Shown: piece by piece, positions 1 through 8,732 of the stretch
Numbering within the stretch: position 1 is the first letter of the stretch
Layout: every line of letters begins with the position of its first letter
Assembly (NCBI GenBank): GCA_050298055.1
Contig: JBNKTL010000053.1
Coordinates: forward strand, 1 to 32,634
Reading direction: 5' to 3'
DNA: 32,634 bases
Source: Spirochaetota bacterium
Lineage (GTDB): Bacteria > Spirochaetota > UBA4802 > UBA5550
Translations under genes and position numbers: made by a program
Notes under the pieces: generated by a model
What the model was told of the DNA's origin: nothing
The model's database searches: none
What the model saw: the letters and a program-made list of their open reading frames with translations, nothing else

Positions 1-84
1 TCTGAAATATTATCATAGATTTCAGAAGGAGGGTTGACTTTTTTTAACTTTTTTTACATAGTAACTTTGCGGTTCAAAACTCCC

Positions 85-146
85 CTCTTCAACTCTTCAA
101 CTCTTCAACTCTTCAACTTGAAACTTGAAACTTGTAACTTGTAACT
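85..146. repeat. Short tandem repeat: (CTCTTCAA)x4 followed by (CTTG[A/T]AA)x4
   Basis: Read directly: ctcttcaa at 85, 93, 101, 109, then cttgaaa, cttgaaa, cttgtaa, cttgtaa; lies immediately downstream of the dinB stop codon. Confidence 0.9.
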
Positions 147-150
147 ATTC

Positions 151-1242
151 TTAAAACGGCAAAACCAACTGACTCCCCCCCTCACCCCCATCCAGAAAAT
201 TAGACGTAGAAATCCCCAATAACCTGATCCTCTTCTCCCCCGCTTCCGTGGACTTAAGGAGCCGTGTAACATGCATCATGATAATCTCCTCACTGCTGAT
301 AAACTCATCAAGGGTAATGCTCCGTGTAACGCTCCTGAAATCGTGGTACTTGACCTTCAGGGTCAGGGTCCGGGCACGGATACTGTTCTTCTCAATGAGG
401 AGCCAGACCTGTGACGCGGTCTTTTTCAGGACTTCAAGGGCGTCTTCAACCGTAACGATATCCTCCTGAAGGGTCACCTCCTTCCCCAGGGATTTCCTGA
501 CCCAGTGTGGGTTCACCGGCCGTGTGTCTATCCCCCGGACAATGTTGTAGAAGAAGGTCCCCGACTTGCCGAAGATCTTTACCATCTCCGATATCTCCAG
601 GTCTTTCAGGTCCTTCCCGGTCCGGATACCCCTCTTCACCAGGTGTTTCTCGGTGACCTTCCCGATACCGAAAAACTTACCCACGGGGAGCTTTTCCAGG
701 AATATCTCCGCGTCACCGGGAGTTATCACCGTAAGACCGTCAGGCTTGTTCATGTCCGAGGCCACCTTGGCAAGGAACTTGTTGAAGGAGACCCCGGCCG
801 AGGCGGTGAGCCCGGTCTCTTTATGAATTAATTTCCTGATCTCACGGGCGATGATGGTGGCGGAGGAGACATCCAGGAAGTTTTCCGTCACATCGAGGTA
901 GGCCTCGTCCAGGGAGAGGGGCTCCACAAGGTCGGTGTACCGGTGAAAGATCTCCCGGACCTGCCCGGAGATCTCTTTATAGAGGGCAAAGTTGGGCCTC
1001 AGAAAGACCGCCCCGGGGCAGAGCCTGAAGGCCCGGGATGAAGGCATGGCGGAATGAATGCCGAATTTACGGGCCTCGTATGAACAGGTGGATACTACTC
1101 CCCTGCTCTGGGGAGGGCCTCCCACGATCACCGGTTTCCCTTTAAGACCGGGGTCCTCCCTCTGTTCAACGGACGCGTAGAAGGCGTCCATATCAATATG
1201 AATGATCTTTCTCGGTTTGACTTTCTGTTCCCAGGGCTCCAT
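151..1242 (-). CDS. dinB: DNA polymerase IV (Y-family translesion polymerase)
   Basis: IIHIDMDAFYASVE, SYEARKFG, SLDEAYLD, NKFLAKVASD and KPDG motifs; C-terminal QLVLPF beta-clamp-binding motif. Confidence 0.97.
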   Translation of the reverse strand: MEPWEQKVKPRKIIHIDMDAFYASVEQREDPGLKGKPVIVGGPPQSRGVVSTCSYEARKFGIHSAMPSSRAFRLCPGAVFLRPNFALYKEISGQVREIFHRYTDLVEPLSLDEAYLDVTENFLDVSSATIIAREIRKLIHKETGLTASAGVSFNKFLAKVASDMNKPDGLTVITPGDAEIFLEKLPVGKFFGIGKVTEKHLVKRGIRTGKDLKDLEISEMVKIFGKSGTFFYNIVRGIDTRPVNPHWVRKSLGKEVTLQEDIVTVEDALEVLKKTASQVWLLIEKNSIRARTLTLKVKYHDFRSVTRSITLDEFISSEEIIMMHVTRLLKSTEAGEKRIRLLGISTSNFLDGGEGGSQLVLPF

Positions 1243-2008
1243 TGAAAAGGTCCTGTTCGTTTATCGGGGGAAGCTCCAGTCCTCTTTGAGCAAGAAGCCT
1301 GTGTCCCAGGATCAAAGTGGAGATAACATCGGCCCGGCAGTATGCCATAAGCCTCCTTCCCGCTTCACTGTTCCCCCCCTGCCACCGGTAGAAGAGGTCA
1401 ATGGCTTCAAGGCCGTCAACCCCGGCCACCTCACCGGGTCTTTGTATCCCCAGGACCTTCTCAATATTTTTAAGGCCTCCCCGATACCCCAGGTGATACG
1501 ACATCCACCGCAGGTCAACGTGGGGACAGTTCAGGGAGGGGATATGCCAGGTCTGTTCCAGGAAGGGGATATCGTAACCGCTGCCGTTAAAGGAAACCAG
1601 GAGCTTTGAGCGGTCCACAAGCTCCAGGAAATCATCCAGGTTCTCCCCGAACTTAAAATCCAGGAGCTCACCCTCCCGGTAGGCGGATATCACCGTGGCG
1701 TGGTTATCATACCAGGAGATCCCCGTGGTCTCGATATCGAACCAGGTGGCTTCGGGGTAGAACTCGGCCAGGATCCTCCAGTGCTCCCTCACCGGGTAGC
1801 TCTTTACCAGGTAGTCAATATCCGACTCCTCTAAAGCTTTTTGTGAGTCCCGGATATTCCCCATAAACTTCTCCCTTTTACTGCCGCTAAAAGGAAGGGA
1901 GCCGGCGTTATCCACGCACTGCTGCCAGTTGAGAAAGCCCAGCTCCTTCAGTCTCGCGGATGTCTTCTCGCCGATCCCGTCAATGTGCAGAAAGCATTCA
2001 TCGATCAA
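1193..2008 (-). CDS. YprB/MrfB-like RNase H-fold (DEDD) exonuclease with N-terminal helix-hairpin-helix
   Basis: FDIETTG (ExoI), FNGSGYDIPFL (ExoII), HVDL, GLKNIEKVLG, YCRADV (ExoIII); N-terminal IDGIGEKT HhH motif; follows a DUF1998 helicase as in mrfAB. Confidence 0.88.
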   Translation of the reverse strand: MIDECFLHIDGIGEKTSARLKELGFLNWQQCVDNAGSLPFSGSKREKFMGNIRDSQKALEESDIDYLVKSYPVREHWRILAEFYPEATWFDIETTGISWYDNHATVISAYREGELLDFKFGENLDDFLELVDRSKLLVSFNGSGYDIPFLEQTWHIPSLNCPHVDLRWMSYHLGYRGGLKNIEKVLGIQRPGEVAGVDGLEAIDLFYRWQGGNSEAGRRLMAYCRADVISTLILGHRLLAQRGLELPPINEQDLFNGALGTESQTEKDHSY

Positions 2009-4449
2009 TGGAGTCGTTCTCTCTTCTTTCTTAAAATTCCCGCCGCCCGGCCCAGCTTCCTGTTCATCTCTACTCTCTCTTTGTCCGCGGGAACCGCCTC
2101 CCGGGTCTCCACGGGGACCCGTATCTCCCTGATCTGGGGTATTTTTATCTCACCCTCGATGAGGGCGTCCAGGAGCGAAAGGGTGCATGCCCGGGAGCCG
2201 TTTGTCATTATGAGAAATGTTTCAAGCTCCTCGCTGCTCACCCCGGGCGGCAATGGGGGGACACAGGAGGGACATCCGGTGCCGCAGTCACATTCACTGA
2301 TGATACTCCTACAGAGGAGAAGGCACTCCTCCAGTGACTCGTATATCTTCTCGGCGTATCCCACGCCTCCCTCCATGGCGTCAAAGAAATAGAGGGCGCT
2401 CTTCCACTCACCGCTGCCCGCATCAATGAGGGAAACATCGGTGCTCACGTCCCTGATGTCCGCCATGCAGAAGCCCGGTGCCGCGTGGCGCAGGATATAG
2501 CTGAGTCCGTAGAGGGCGGCGCCGGTATACCGTTTGTCAACGGCCTCAAGTTTTTTCCGCCACTCCTCCGGGGGGAGCAGGGAGAAGCCGGTGGTATCGT
2601 ATTCAAAGGGCTCCAGGGTTATGGGGCCGTAGCCGATATTTTCGTAGCTCCTCTCCCGGATCTTTTTATAGATCTTCGGCTGCTTGTTGTAACGGACATA
2701 CCCGAAGGTGAGAGCGGCCCCCCTGCACTCCCGGGAACTCTCCTCTTCGGTGATCTCAACCCGTCCCTCCCAGACCGCCTCCGTGTAATAGTCAACGTCG
2801 GTGACCTCAACCCTGCAGAGCTTCTTTTCAAGATCAAGCTCCAGGGACATATACCGGGTCCCCAGGTGCTGGTAGATGGCGTCCTTGTAGAGGGTCCCCC
2901 GGGCGCCGATGGGGTCAAGCTCGCCGATGACCTCGGTGCCGCAGTAGATCTCGATGTTGTAATCGGTCATTCCCCTGAGGTTCACGCCCCGGGAGGGGAA
3001 ATCCCGGAGGGCGTACCTGTATGAGTCCCCGTAGGGAACAATTGTCTTCTCTTCTTTAAGGACGGCAAGGGCCTCCCCGTAGATCATTTTATCGTAGCCC
3101 TCCTCATGCTCCCTCAGGGGATGTTCATGGGCGGTACAGGGAAGATGCTGGAGGAGGATATAGGGATTGTCCCCGTTGAGAAGGGCCTCCTCCACCGGGG
3201 CGGAAGTGATAAACTCCGGGTGGTGAACAAGGTACTGGTCGATGGGCGAGTCCTTTGCGATATAGACTATCACCGGGGAGCGGTTCTTCCTTCCCACCCG
3301 TCCCGACTGCTGCCAGAAGCTGGCCACCGAACCCGGGTGCCCCGAGAGGATGCAGAGGTCCAGGTCGCCGATATCGATCCCCAGCTCCAGGGCGTTGGTG
3401 CTGATGATGGCGGTGATCCTCCCCTCCGCAAGGTCTTTTTCGAGCTTCCTCCTTTCATTGGGGAGCAGCCCCCCCCGGTAGGGTTTCACCTTCTCCCTGA
3501 GGCCCGGTTTGCCGTCGGTTACGGCCCTGTAGAGCCTCTCCGCTTCCTGCCTGCTGCGGCAGAAACATATGGTCCGTATCCCTTTTTTTACGGCCTCCCT
3601 TATGAGGGGGATAGAAACGGATGACGTCCCTTTTCTGTAAAGGGCATGCCCGTGGCTTTCAACCAGGGAGGGGTTCATGAAATAGATCTCCCTCCGGGGC
3701 CGGGGCGCGCCGTCTTTATCGATAACAGTGAAGTCCCTGTACAGGAGCCTTTTCACATGGTCCCCGGGATTGCCCACTGTGGCGGAGGAGCAGATGAAAA
3801 CAGGGCTGCTTCCGTGGAGACTGCAGACCCGGAGCAGTCTTCTGAAGACGTTGGACACGTGCGAACCGAATGACCCCCGGTAGATATGGACCTCGTCAAT
3901 AACGATATACTTCAGTCTCGAAAGGAACGACTTCCACTTCCTGTTGTGGTTGGGGAGGATACCGCTGTGGAGCATATCGGGGTTGGTGATGAGAAAATCG
4001 GCGGACCTCCTGATCCTGGCCCTCTCGTCCCGTGGAGTATCCCCGTCAAAGGTCCCGATGCCGAAATTCCCCCCCCCCACACTGTTCATAAGCTTTCCCA
4101 GGGTCCCTTCCTGGTCACGGGAGAGGGCCTTTGTGGGATAGAGGAACATCACGGAAAAGGGCGAAGCGGCTTCAAGGTACTCATTGAGCACCGGGAGAAA
4201 AAAGGAGAGCGTTTTCCCGCTGGCCGTATGGGAGACCAGCAGGGTGTTTTCCCCCCCGGTAATGGAATTGAAGGCCTCAAGCTGGTGTGAGTAGAGGGAA
4301 CCGATCCCCTGGGAAACAAGGGCCCCTTTCAGTTCACCCCGCATCTTTTCGGGAAAACCCGCCATGCTCCCCGGGCTTTCCTCAAGCTCAAGATGCGCCC
4401 TTATGTTGCCGCTGAGTTTCGATTCCAGGAACTTCTTAATTCTCTCCAT
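2005..4449 (-). CDS. DEAH-box SF2 helicase with C-terminal DUF1998 (MrfA/YprA/SftH/Hrq1 family)
   Basis: TASGKT, YPTKAL, TNPDMLH, DEVH, SAT, TNALELGIDIG, QQSGRVGR motifs; C-terminal FDAMEGGVG and CDCGTGCPSC zinc site. Confidence 0.93.
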   Translation of the reverse strand: MERIKKFLESKLSGNIRAHLELEESPGSMAGFPEKMRGELKGALVSQGIGSLYSHQLEAFNSITGGENTLLVSHTASGKTLSFFLPVLNEYLEAASPFSVMFLYPTKALSRDQEGTLGKLMNSVGGGNFGIGTFDGDTPRDERARIRRSADFLITNPDMLHSGILPNHNRKWKSFLSRLKYIVIDEVHIYRGSFGSHVSNVFRRLLRVCSLHGSSPVFICSSATVGNPGDHVKRLLYRDFTVIDKDGAPRPRREIYFMNPSLVESHGHALYRKGTSSVSIPLIREAVKKGIRTICFCRSRQEAERLYRAVTDGKPGLREKVKPYRGGLLPNERRKLEKDLAEGRITAIISTNALELGIDIGDLDLCILSGHPGSVASFWQQSGRVGRKNRSPVIVYIAKDSPIDQYLVHHPEFITSAPVEEALLNGDNPYILLQHLPCTAHEHPLREHEEGYDKMIYGEALAVLKEEKTIVPYGDSYRYALRDFPSRGVNLRGMTDYNIEIYCGTEVIGELDPIGARGTLYKDAIYQHLGTRYMSLELDLEKKLCRVEVTDVDYYTEAVWEGRVEITEEESSRECRGAALTFGYVRYNKQPKIYKKIRERSYENIGYGPITLEPFEYDTTGFSLLPPEEWRKKLEAVDKRYTGAALYGLSYILRHAAPGFCMADIRDVSTDVSLIDAGSGEWKSALYFFDAMEGGVGYAEKIYESLEECLLLCRSIISECDCGTGCPSCVPPLPPGVSSEELETFLIMTNGSRACTLSLLDALIEGEIKIPQIREIRVPVETREAVPADKERVEMNRKLGRAAGILRKKRERLH

Positions 4450-4466
4450 GTTTCACCTTGAAAACT

Positions 4467-4537
4467 GAACATAATTTCTTCGCGAAGATACATTATGTCA
4501 CAATAGCATTGGCAAAAATTCATGTCAACAAATGTTC
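4467..4537. promoter_or_regulatory. Two candidate LexA-type operators (GAAC-N4-GTTC, one mismatch each)
   Basis: GAACataaTTTC at 4467-4478 and CAACaaatGTTC at 4526-4537; the second overlaps the -35 box of a DNA-repair operon. Confidence 0.5.
4500..4528 (-). promoter_or_regulatory. sigma70-type promoter of the helicase-exonuclease-dinB operon
   Basis: Minus strand reads TTGACA-N17-TATTGT with a TG extended -10 motif, about 50 nt upstream of the helicase ATG. Confidence 0.7.
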
Positions 4538-4611
4538 AGTATTGATTTTCTTTTTTTATCCACTAACAACTCTAATTATAAAAAAATCACCTCAAATGTT
4601 TATTTAGTTAA

Positions 4612-4849
4612 TCTGTCATCATGAAGAACGAAGTGACGTAATGATCTGTTCCCCTCGATACAATTTGCCGCATTTTAAAGACATAAAGCACTGAATCAAT
4701 AAAGCGGCAAATCACTCGGGGAACACAACTTGTGCTGAGCCCGCATGATTTTGCACCAAATCATGCAGTCGAAGTACAGATGCTCATCGAGTGATCCTGC
4801 ATTTTGATACTCGTATCGAGATGAGCCACGTTGCCCTCGCTATGACAGA
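4612..4849. repeat. Composite nested palindromic (REP/MITE-like) element, copy A
   Basis: Outer inverted ends TCTGTCAT...ATGACAGA; inner hairpin units at 4647-4725, 4731-4778 and 4782-4826; clearly similar to 27537-27746. Confidence 0.85.
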
Positions 4850-4920
4850 AAAAAACCCGGAACTTACCGCCTCTGTGGCAAATCTTCCAAACATGACCGG
4901 GACAAAATTCACCGCAATAA

Positions 4921-4952
4921 CACTTGACCCAAGTGAAAAAATCATGTAGAAT
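4921..4952 (+). promoter_or_regulatory. sigma70-type promoter of the MCP gene with an overlapping palindrome
   Basis: TTGACC(4924-4929)-N17-TAGAAT(4947-4952); CACTTG-acc-CAAGTG palindrome covers the -35 box. Confidence 0.6.
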
Positions 4953-5004
4953 TTATCCGGTCAGATTACGGATGTGATAGTTATATCAGGGGAAGGCGCT
5001 GTTT

Positions 5005-6933
5005 ATGAATTACGGCAATGGGGACGAGATTGAAGGTATGACAGGCAGTGATGAACATTCATTCTTTCGAAAGGAGATGAAAAAATTTTTCCGGAGGTTC
5101 TTTCTTCTCACAGACGGGATCGCCTATGTCCTGATAATACCTGCTTCCGCTTTCATATTCTACAAGGCGCTTAAGGTCGAAGAGAAATACCTTTATATCG
5201 TGCTGGGAATTGTTGCCGCGGGAACCATACTTGCGCTGCTTGTCTCGTATATCACAGCGCGAATAATACTGAAGCCGCTCCTCCGCTGCTTCAGTATTGC
5301 CATGGGCGAGGGAAAATACTCCTTCGACGGGAGGGGAAAGGCATGCAGGAGGAGTAAAAACATTCCCCGGATTCATTCAACCATACTGGTCATCCGGTGG
5401 GTTGTTATTATGGGTGCGATTATTGCGGGTGTCTACATCTTCGGTCATCCGTCGTTGACTGATAAAGTCAACATGTGGTCTGTCTTTATCGTTGATTGTA
5501 TAATCGGAGGCCTCCTCTACTATATTGTCCCTGAAAAACTTATCAGTAAAATCGCCCTTTCCGGGATTTTTCATGTTGAAGGGGAAGAATTCAAGGCAAC
5601 GGGAAGCCTCGGGAAATACCTGGCGTCTGTGGTAACCGGAATAATCGTTGTAACAGTGGTTATCACTCTTGCGGTAGCGCACAACATGATGAGAAACAAG
5701 CTTACCCTCTCCACGCAGGATGACATAAAGGTCTCTTCCGGGAATATAACTTCAAATATTGAGGAGAGTACCTGGGAGATAACCTCCACAATGATCATCA
5801 TTCTCTCCATAGGCCTTGTTGTCATCGGTTTTCTGGTCAGGGTCATTATCAATCTCAGGATGGCCCCCCTTGAAAAGACCCAGAGGGCCATAGGCAGAAT
5901 GGCTGAAGGCAACCTGACCCAGGACCTCTTCATCACCACCAACGACGAAGTGGGTTCAATACTTGACAGTGTAAGAAAACTTACAAGAAAGCTCAATGAA
6001 TCCATCCAGAATATCAAGAATATATCCAATGAACTCGGGTCTTCATCGGTGGAGATAGACTCCACAACCAGCTCTTTTACCGATAACGCGCAGAACCAGG
6101 CAGCCAGCGCCGAGGAGATAACGGCCACTGTTGAACAGATCTCCGCGGGGATGGACCATATTTCCGAGAGGGCGGGAGACCAGGATTCACACCTCCTGTC
6201 GCTCATCTCGGTCATGGACAGGCTCTCCGATATCATTAACAATATGAACCAGAAAATAAGCAACTCCCTGACAATCACCGGGGTCATCGGGATAAAGGCC
6301 AAAGACGGCGAGGAATCCCTGAAGTCCATGAATTCAACCATGATCAAGATCACCGAGAGTTCCCGGCAGATGATGAATGTGATAAATATCATCAATGAAA
6401 TATCCGAACAGATCAACCTCCTTTCACTGAACGCGGCAATAGAGGCAGCCCGGGCAGGGGAGCTGGGAAGAGGATTTGCCGTGGTAGCGGATGAGATATC
6501 AAAACTCGCGGACCAGACGACTTCAAGTATCAGTGACATAGAAAAGCTCATAAGGGGCAACGATGAGGAGATCCGGAACGGTATGCAGAGCGTTAACAGT
6601 ACAATTGACGTGATCAGTTCTATTATCGACGGGGTCACGGAAATCAGTGATGTGACAAGAGAAATCGCGGAGAATATGAACAGGCAGGTAGAGACCAATT
6701 CCGATGTGAACAGTGAAGCAAATGACGTGAAAAACATGTCAGAGTCCATAAAAATATCCACCAACGAGCAGAAGAGGGCCGTAAACGAGATTGTTAAATC
6801 TATTTCAAGTATAACGGAACTGACACAGACAAACGCCGCAGGTTCCGAAGAACTCTCTGCAAGCACAAACAGGCTCATCACAATGGCCGATAAACTCATC
6901 GATGCCGTAAACTATTTCAAGGTAAAAACATGA
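5005..6933 (+). CDS. Methyl-accepting chemotaxis protein with multi-pass membrane N-terminus and HAMP domain
   Basis: [37 protein letters not shown] signalling hairpin; HAMP-like [18 protein letters not shown]...NDEVG; several hydrophobic helices; start could be 5038 or 5077. Confidence 0.95.
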   Translation: MNYGNGDEIEGMTGSDEHSFFRKEMKKFFRRFFLLTDGIAYVLIIPASAFIFYKALKVEEKYLYIVLGIVAAGTILALLVSYITARIILKPLLRCFSIAMGEGKYSFDGRGKACRRSKNIPRIHSTILVIRWVVIMGAIIAGVYIFGHPSLTDKVNMWSVFIVDCIIGGLLYYIVPEKLISKIALSGIFHVEGEEFKATGSLGKYLASVVTGIIVVTVVITLAVAHNMMRNKLTLSTQDDIKVSSGNITSNIEESTWEITSTMIIILSIGLVVIGFLVRVIINLRMAPLEKTQRAIGRMAEGNLTQDLFITTNDEVGSILDSVRKLTRKLNESIQNIKNISNELGSSSVEIDSTTSSFTDNAQNQAASAEEITATVEQISAGMDHISERAGDQDSHLLSLISVMDRLSDIINNMNQKISNSLTITGVIGIKAKDGEESLKSMNSTMIKITESSRQMMNVINIINEISEQINLLSLNAAIEAARAGELGRGFAVVADEISKLADQTTSSISDIEKLIRGNDEEIRNGMQSVNSTIDVISSIIDGVTEISDVTREIAENMNRQVETNSDVNSEANDVKNMSESIKISTNEQKRAVNEIVKSISSITELTQTNAAGSEELSASTNRLITMADKLIDAVNYFKVKT

Positions 6934-7059
6934 TGTTTCGCTACCGTAACAATTTTTCAGATTAATAATAATTTTCATTTGACATAAATGTTTTTATATT
7001 AACTAATCATATATTCATGGTTCGACTTATAGAAAAAAACTGTTCTGATTGGAGGCAAA

Positions 7060-7317
7060 ATGAGAAAAGGATTCATATCAATAACAACACTGCTTCTCAT
7101 AGTGGCCGTATTGCTCTCAACTACCGGGTACTCTTCCAGTACGGATTGCGGAGAGACCTTTAAAAAAAAGTGCAGCAAATGTCATCCTGTTCCATCCCCC
7201 TTTAGTTATTCCAAGCAGTCGTGGGATAACTATGTTGAACAAATGGCAAAGGAGGCAAAGCTGAATAAAACCGAGAGTAAGTGCATAATGGATTTAAATA
7301 CCACAATAATACCCTGA
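7060..7317 (+). CDS. Small exported monoheme c-type cytochrome
   Basis: GGAGG RBS, signal peptide, CSKCH heme motif, WDNYVEQM with a candidate distal Met ligand. Confidence 0.8.
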   Translation: MRKGFISITTLLLIVAVLLSTTGYSSSTDCGETFKKKCSKCHPVPSPFSYSKQSWDNYVEQMAKEAKLNKTESKCIMDLNTTIIP

Positions 7318-7389
7318 GAGAAGCTGTATACCGGAATTATTCCCGTACAGGGAAACGGGATTCATCTTCTAAAAAACAGAAAAAATTAT

Positions 7390-8136
7390 ATGTGGGAAAA
7401 GATCTCAGATGCGGATGCATTGGGACTCAAGCCTGCCAGTCTTCCCGAAGTCGAACCGGAATTGCAGATTCCGCCTCCAAGGCCCATGGTCTGGCAGTAT
7501 CCCGAATCATCCCCCAAGAAAATCTCTCCTGAACTGGAGGACCTCCTGGTAAACGGCATAGCTGTGCGCGGATGGAAAACCCTCTACCGCTCACATTCGG
7601 AGAGGGAGGGGACTGAACACTATATGCAGTACAGCTTCCAGGTGGACGGGTCGCTGATACAGGGAAAAAATTACCGGTCATACGATGATCTTCACCTCGC
7701 CATAGAATCTCCCGATTACGCCATCTGGCTTGCCAATGCCTTTCACAGGGAAGGGACTTTCACCATTCTCTCCGAAAAGGGGAATCCCGCCCGCCATGAG
7801 ATTTTCGGGCACCTTGAGCTTTTTATAAAGATGGACCTTGCGCAGATCACCCAAAAGATCTGTGAAACCACCGATCCCTGCCGTGTTGATCAGCTCGCGT
7901 ACAATTTCCTGAAGATATCAATTTCCCCTCTCTGGAACATCGGCGAGAACAGCAGGAAGTATTTCAGCCTCATGGAAAAACTGGGGCTCGCCAACAAAAG
8001 TGAAGTCCATGATTCGGATACAAACCTGATGTTTATCAAGGAGATCATTCCCGCGGGAGACTATGACCGGGAAGTCCTGGGAGAGCTTTCCCGGCTGTGC
8101 AAGATCTATGTGCCGGGGGTCTGGGCGGCACGATAG
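7390..8136 (+). CDS. Hypothetical protein (248 aa)
   Basis: Long ORF filling the gap, genome-like composition, convergent with the next gene; no motif recognised. Confidence 0.7.
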   Translation: MWEKISDADALGLKPASLPEVEPELQIPPPRPMVWQYPESSPKKISPELEDLLVNGIAVRGWKTLYRSHSEREGTEHYMQYSFQVDGSLIQGKNYRSYDDLHLAIESPDYAIWLANAFHREGTFTILSEKGNPARHEIFGHLELFIKMDLAQITQKICETTDPCRVDQLAYNFLKISISPLWNIGENSRKYFSLMEKLGLANKSEVHDSDTNLMFIKEIIPAGDYDREVLGELSRLCKIYVPGVWAAR

Positions 8137-8138
8137 GC

Positions 8139-8651
8139 TTAAATTGCCATGGCCTCTTTAAAGGAATGGTACCATTCCAGTGTTGCTTCCGAGAAACTGT
8201 CCGTTATCCCGAGATCAACATAGTAATCCTTGAGGATCTTCAGGTGGACGATCTCTTTCTCTTCATCAGTGTGTTCTTCTTTGCCGCATGAGAGTATTTG
8301 ATAGTAGTTTTCATCAACCCACCGGAAGAAATCGCTCTCCTTCTCCGAAAAGATGATATGGCTGGAAATCATGTCATACTTGACTGTTTCGATGGCGAGA
8401 AAAAATTCCTCATCGCTTTTATTCACCAGTGCGGAAGCCAGTTCTGTCTGGAAATAATCACCCCAGGAGATAATATCCGGCATGACTCCATACTTTTTTT
8501 TGATCTCGTCAGCGTCCCTGTTCTCAATATAGCCCCGTGTTGAGATATTGTCGATAAACTCTTTTATTTCAATAAGGCTCAGTATCCTGGATGCCCCGAT
8601 AAGACCTTCGTTGACCATGGGAATTAACGCGTTGTTGATTATCTCTTTCAT
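8139..8651 (-). CDS. Hypothetical acidic protein (170 aa), downstream of ptsP
   Basis: Co-oriented with ptsP, protein-like composition, no recognised family. Confidence 0.75.
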   Translation of the reverse strand: MKEIINNALIPMVNEGLIGASRILSLIEIKEFIDNISTRGYIENRDADEIKKKYGVMPDIISWGDYFQTELASALVNKSDEEFFLAIETVKYDMISSHIIFSEKESDFFRWVDENYYQILSCGKEEHTDEEKEIVHLKILKDYYVDLGITDSFSEATLEWYHSFKEAMAI

Positions 8652-8732
8652 AGTTTTACCTGCCGGTGATTATTGAGAATATGTCTCTCTCATTATCATC
8701 GGTAAACCGGCAGAATGCCGAAAGAATTTTTT

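Noticed and set aside
4069..4078. Poly-C/G tract in the helicase as a phase-variation switch
   Set aside because: In frame, encodes Gly-Gly-Gly, and similar G/C runs are common in this window
2005..4449. DUF1998 helicase as part of a DISARM or Druantia defence system
   Set aside because: Helicase and DUF1998 are fused in the MrfA manner with a YprB partner; no drm, methylase or PLD genes are adjacent
5571..6899. 442 aa antisense ORF
   Set aside because: Shadow of the MCP; Ser/Ile/Leu-rich with no motifs
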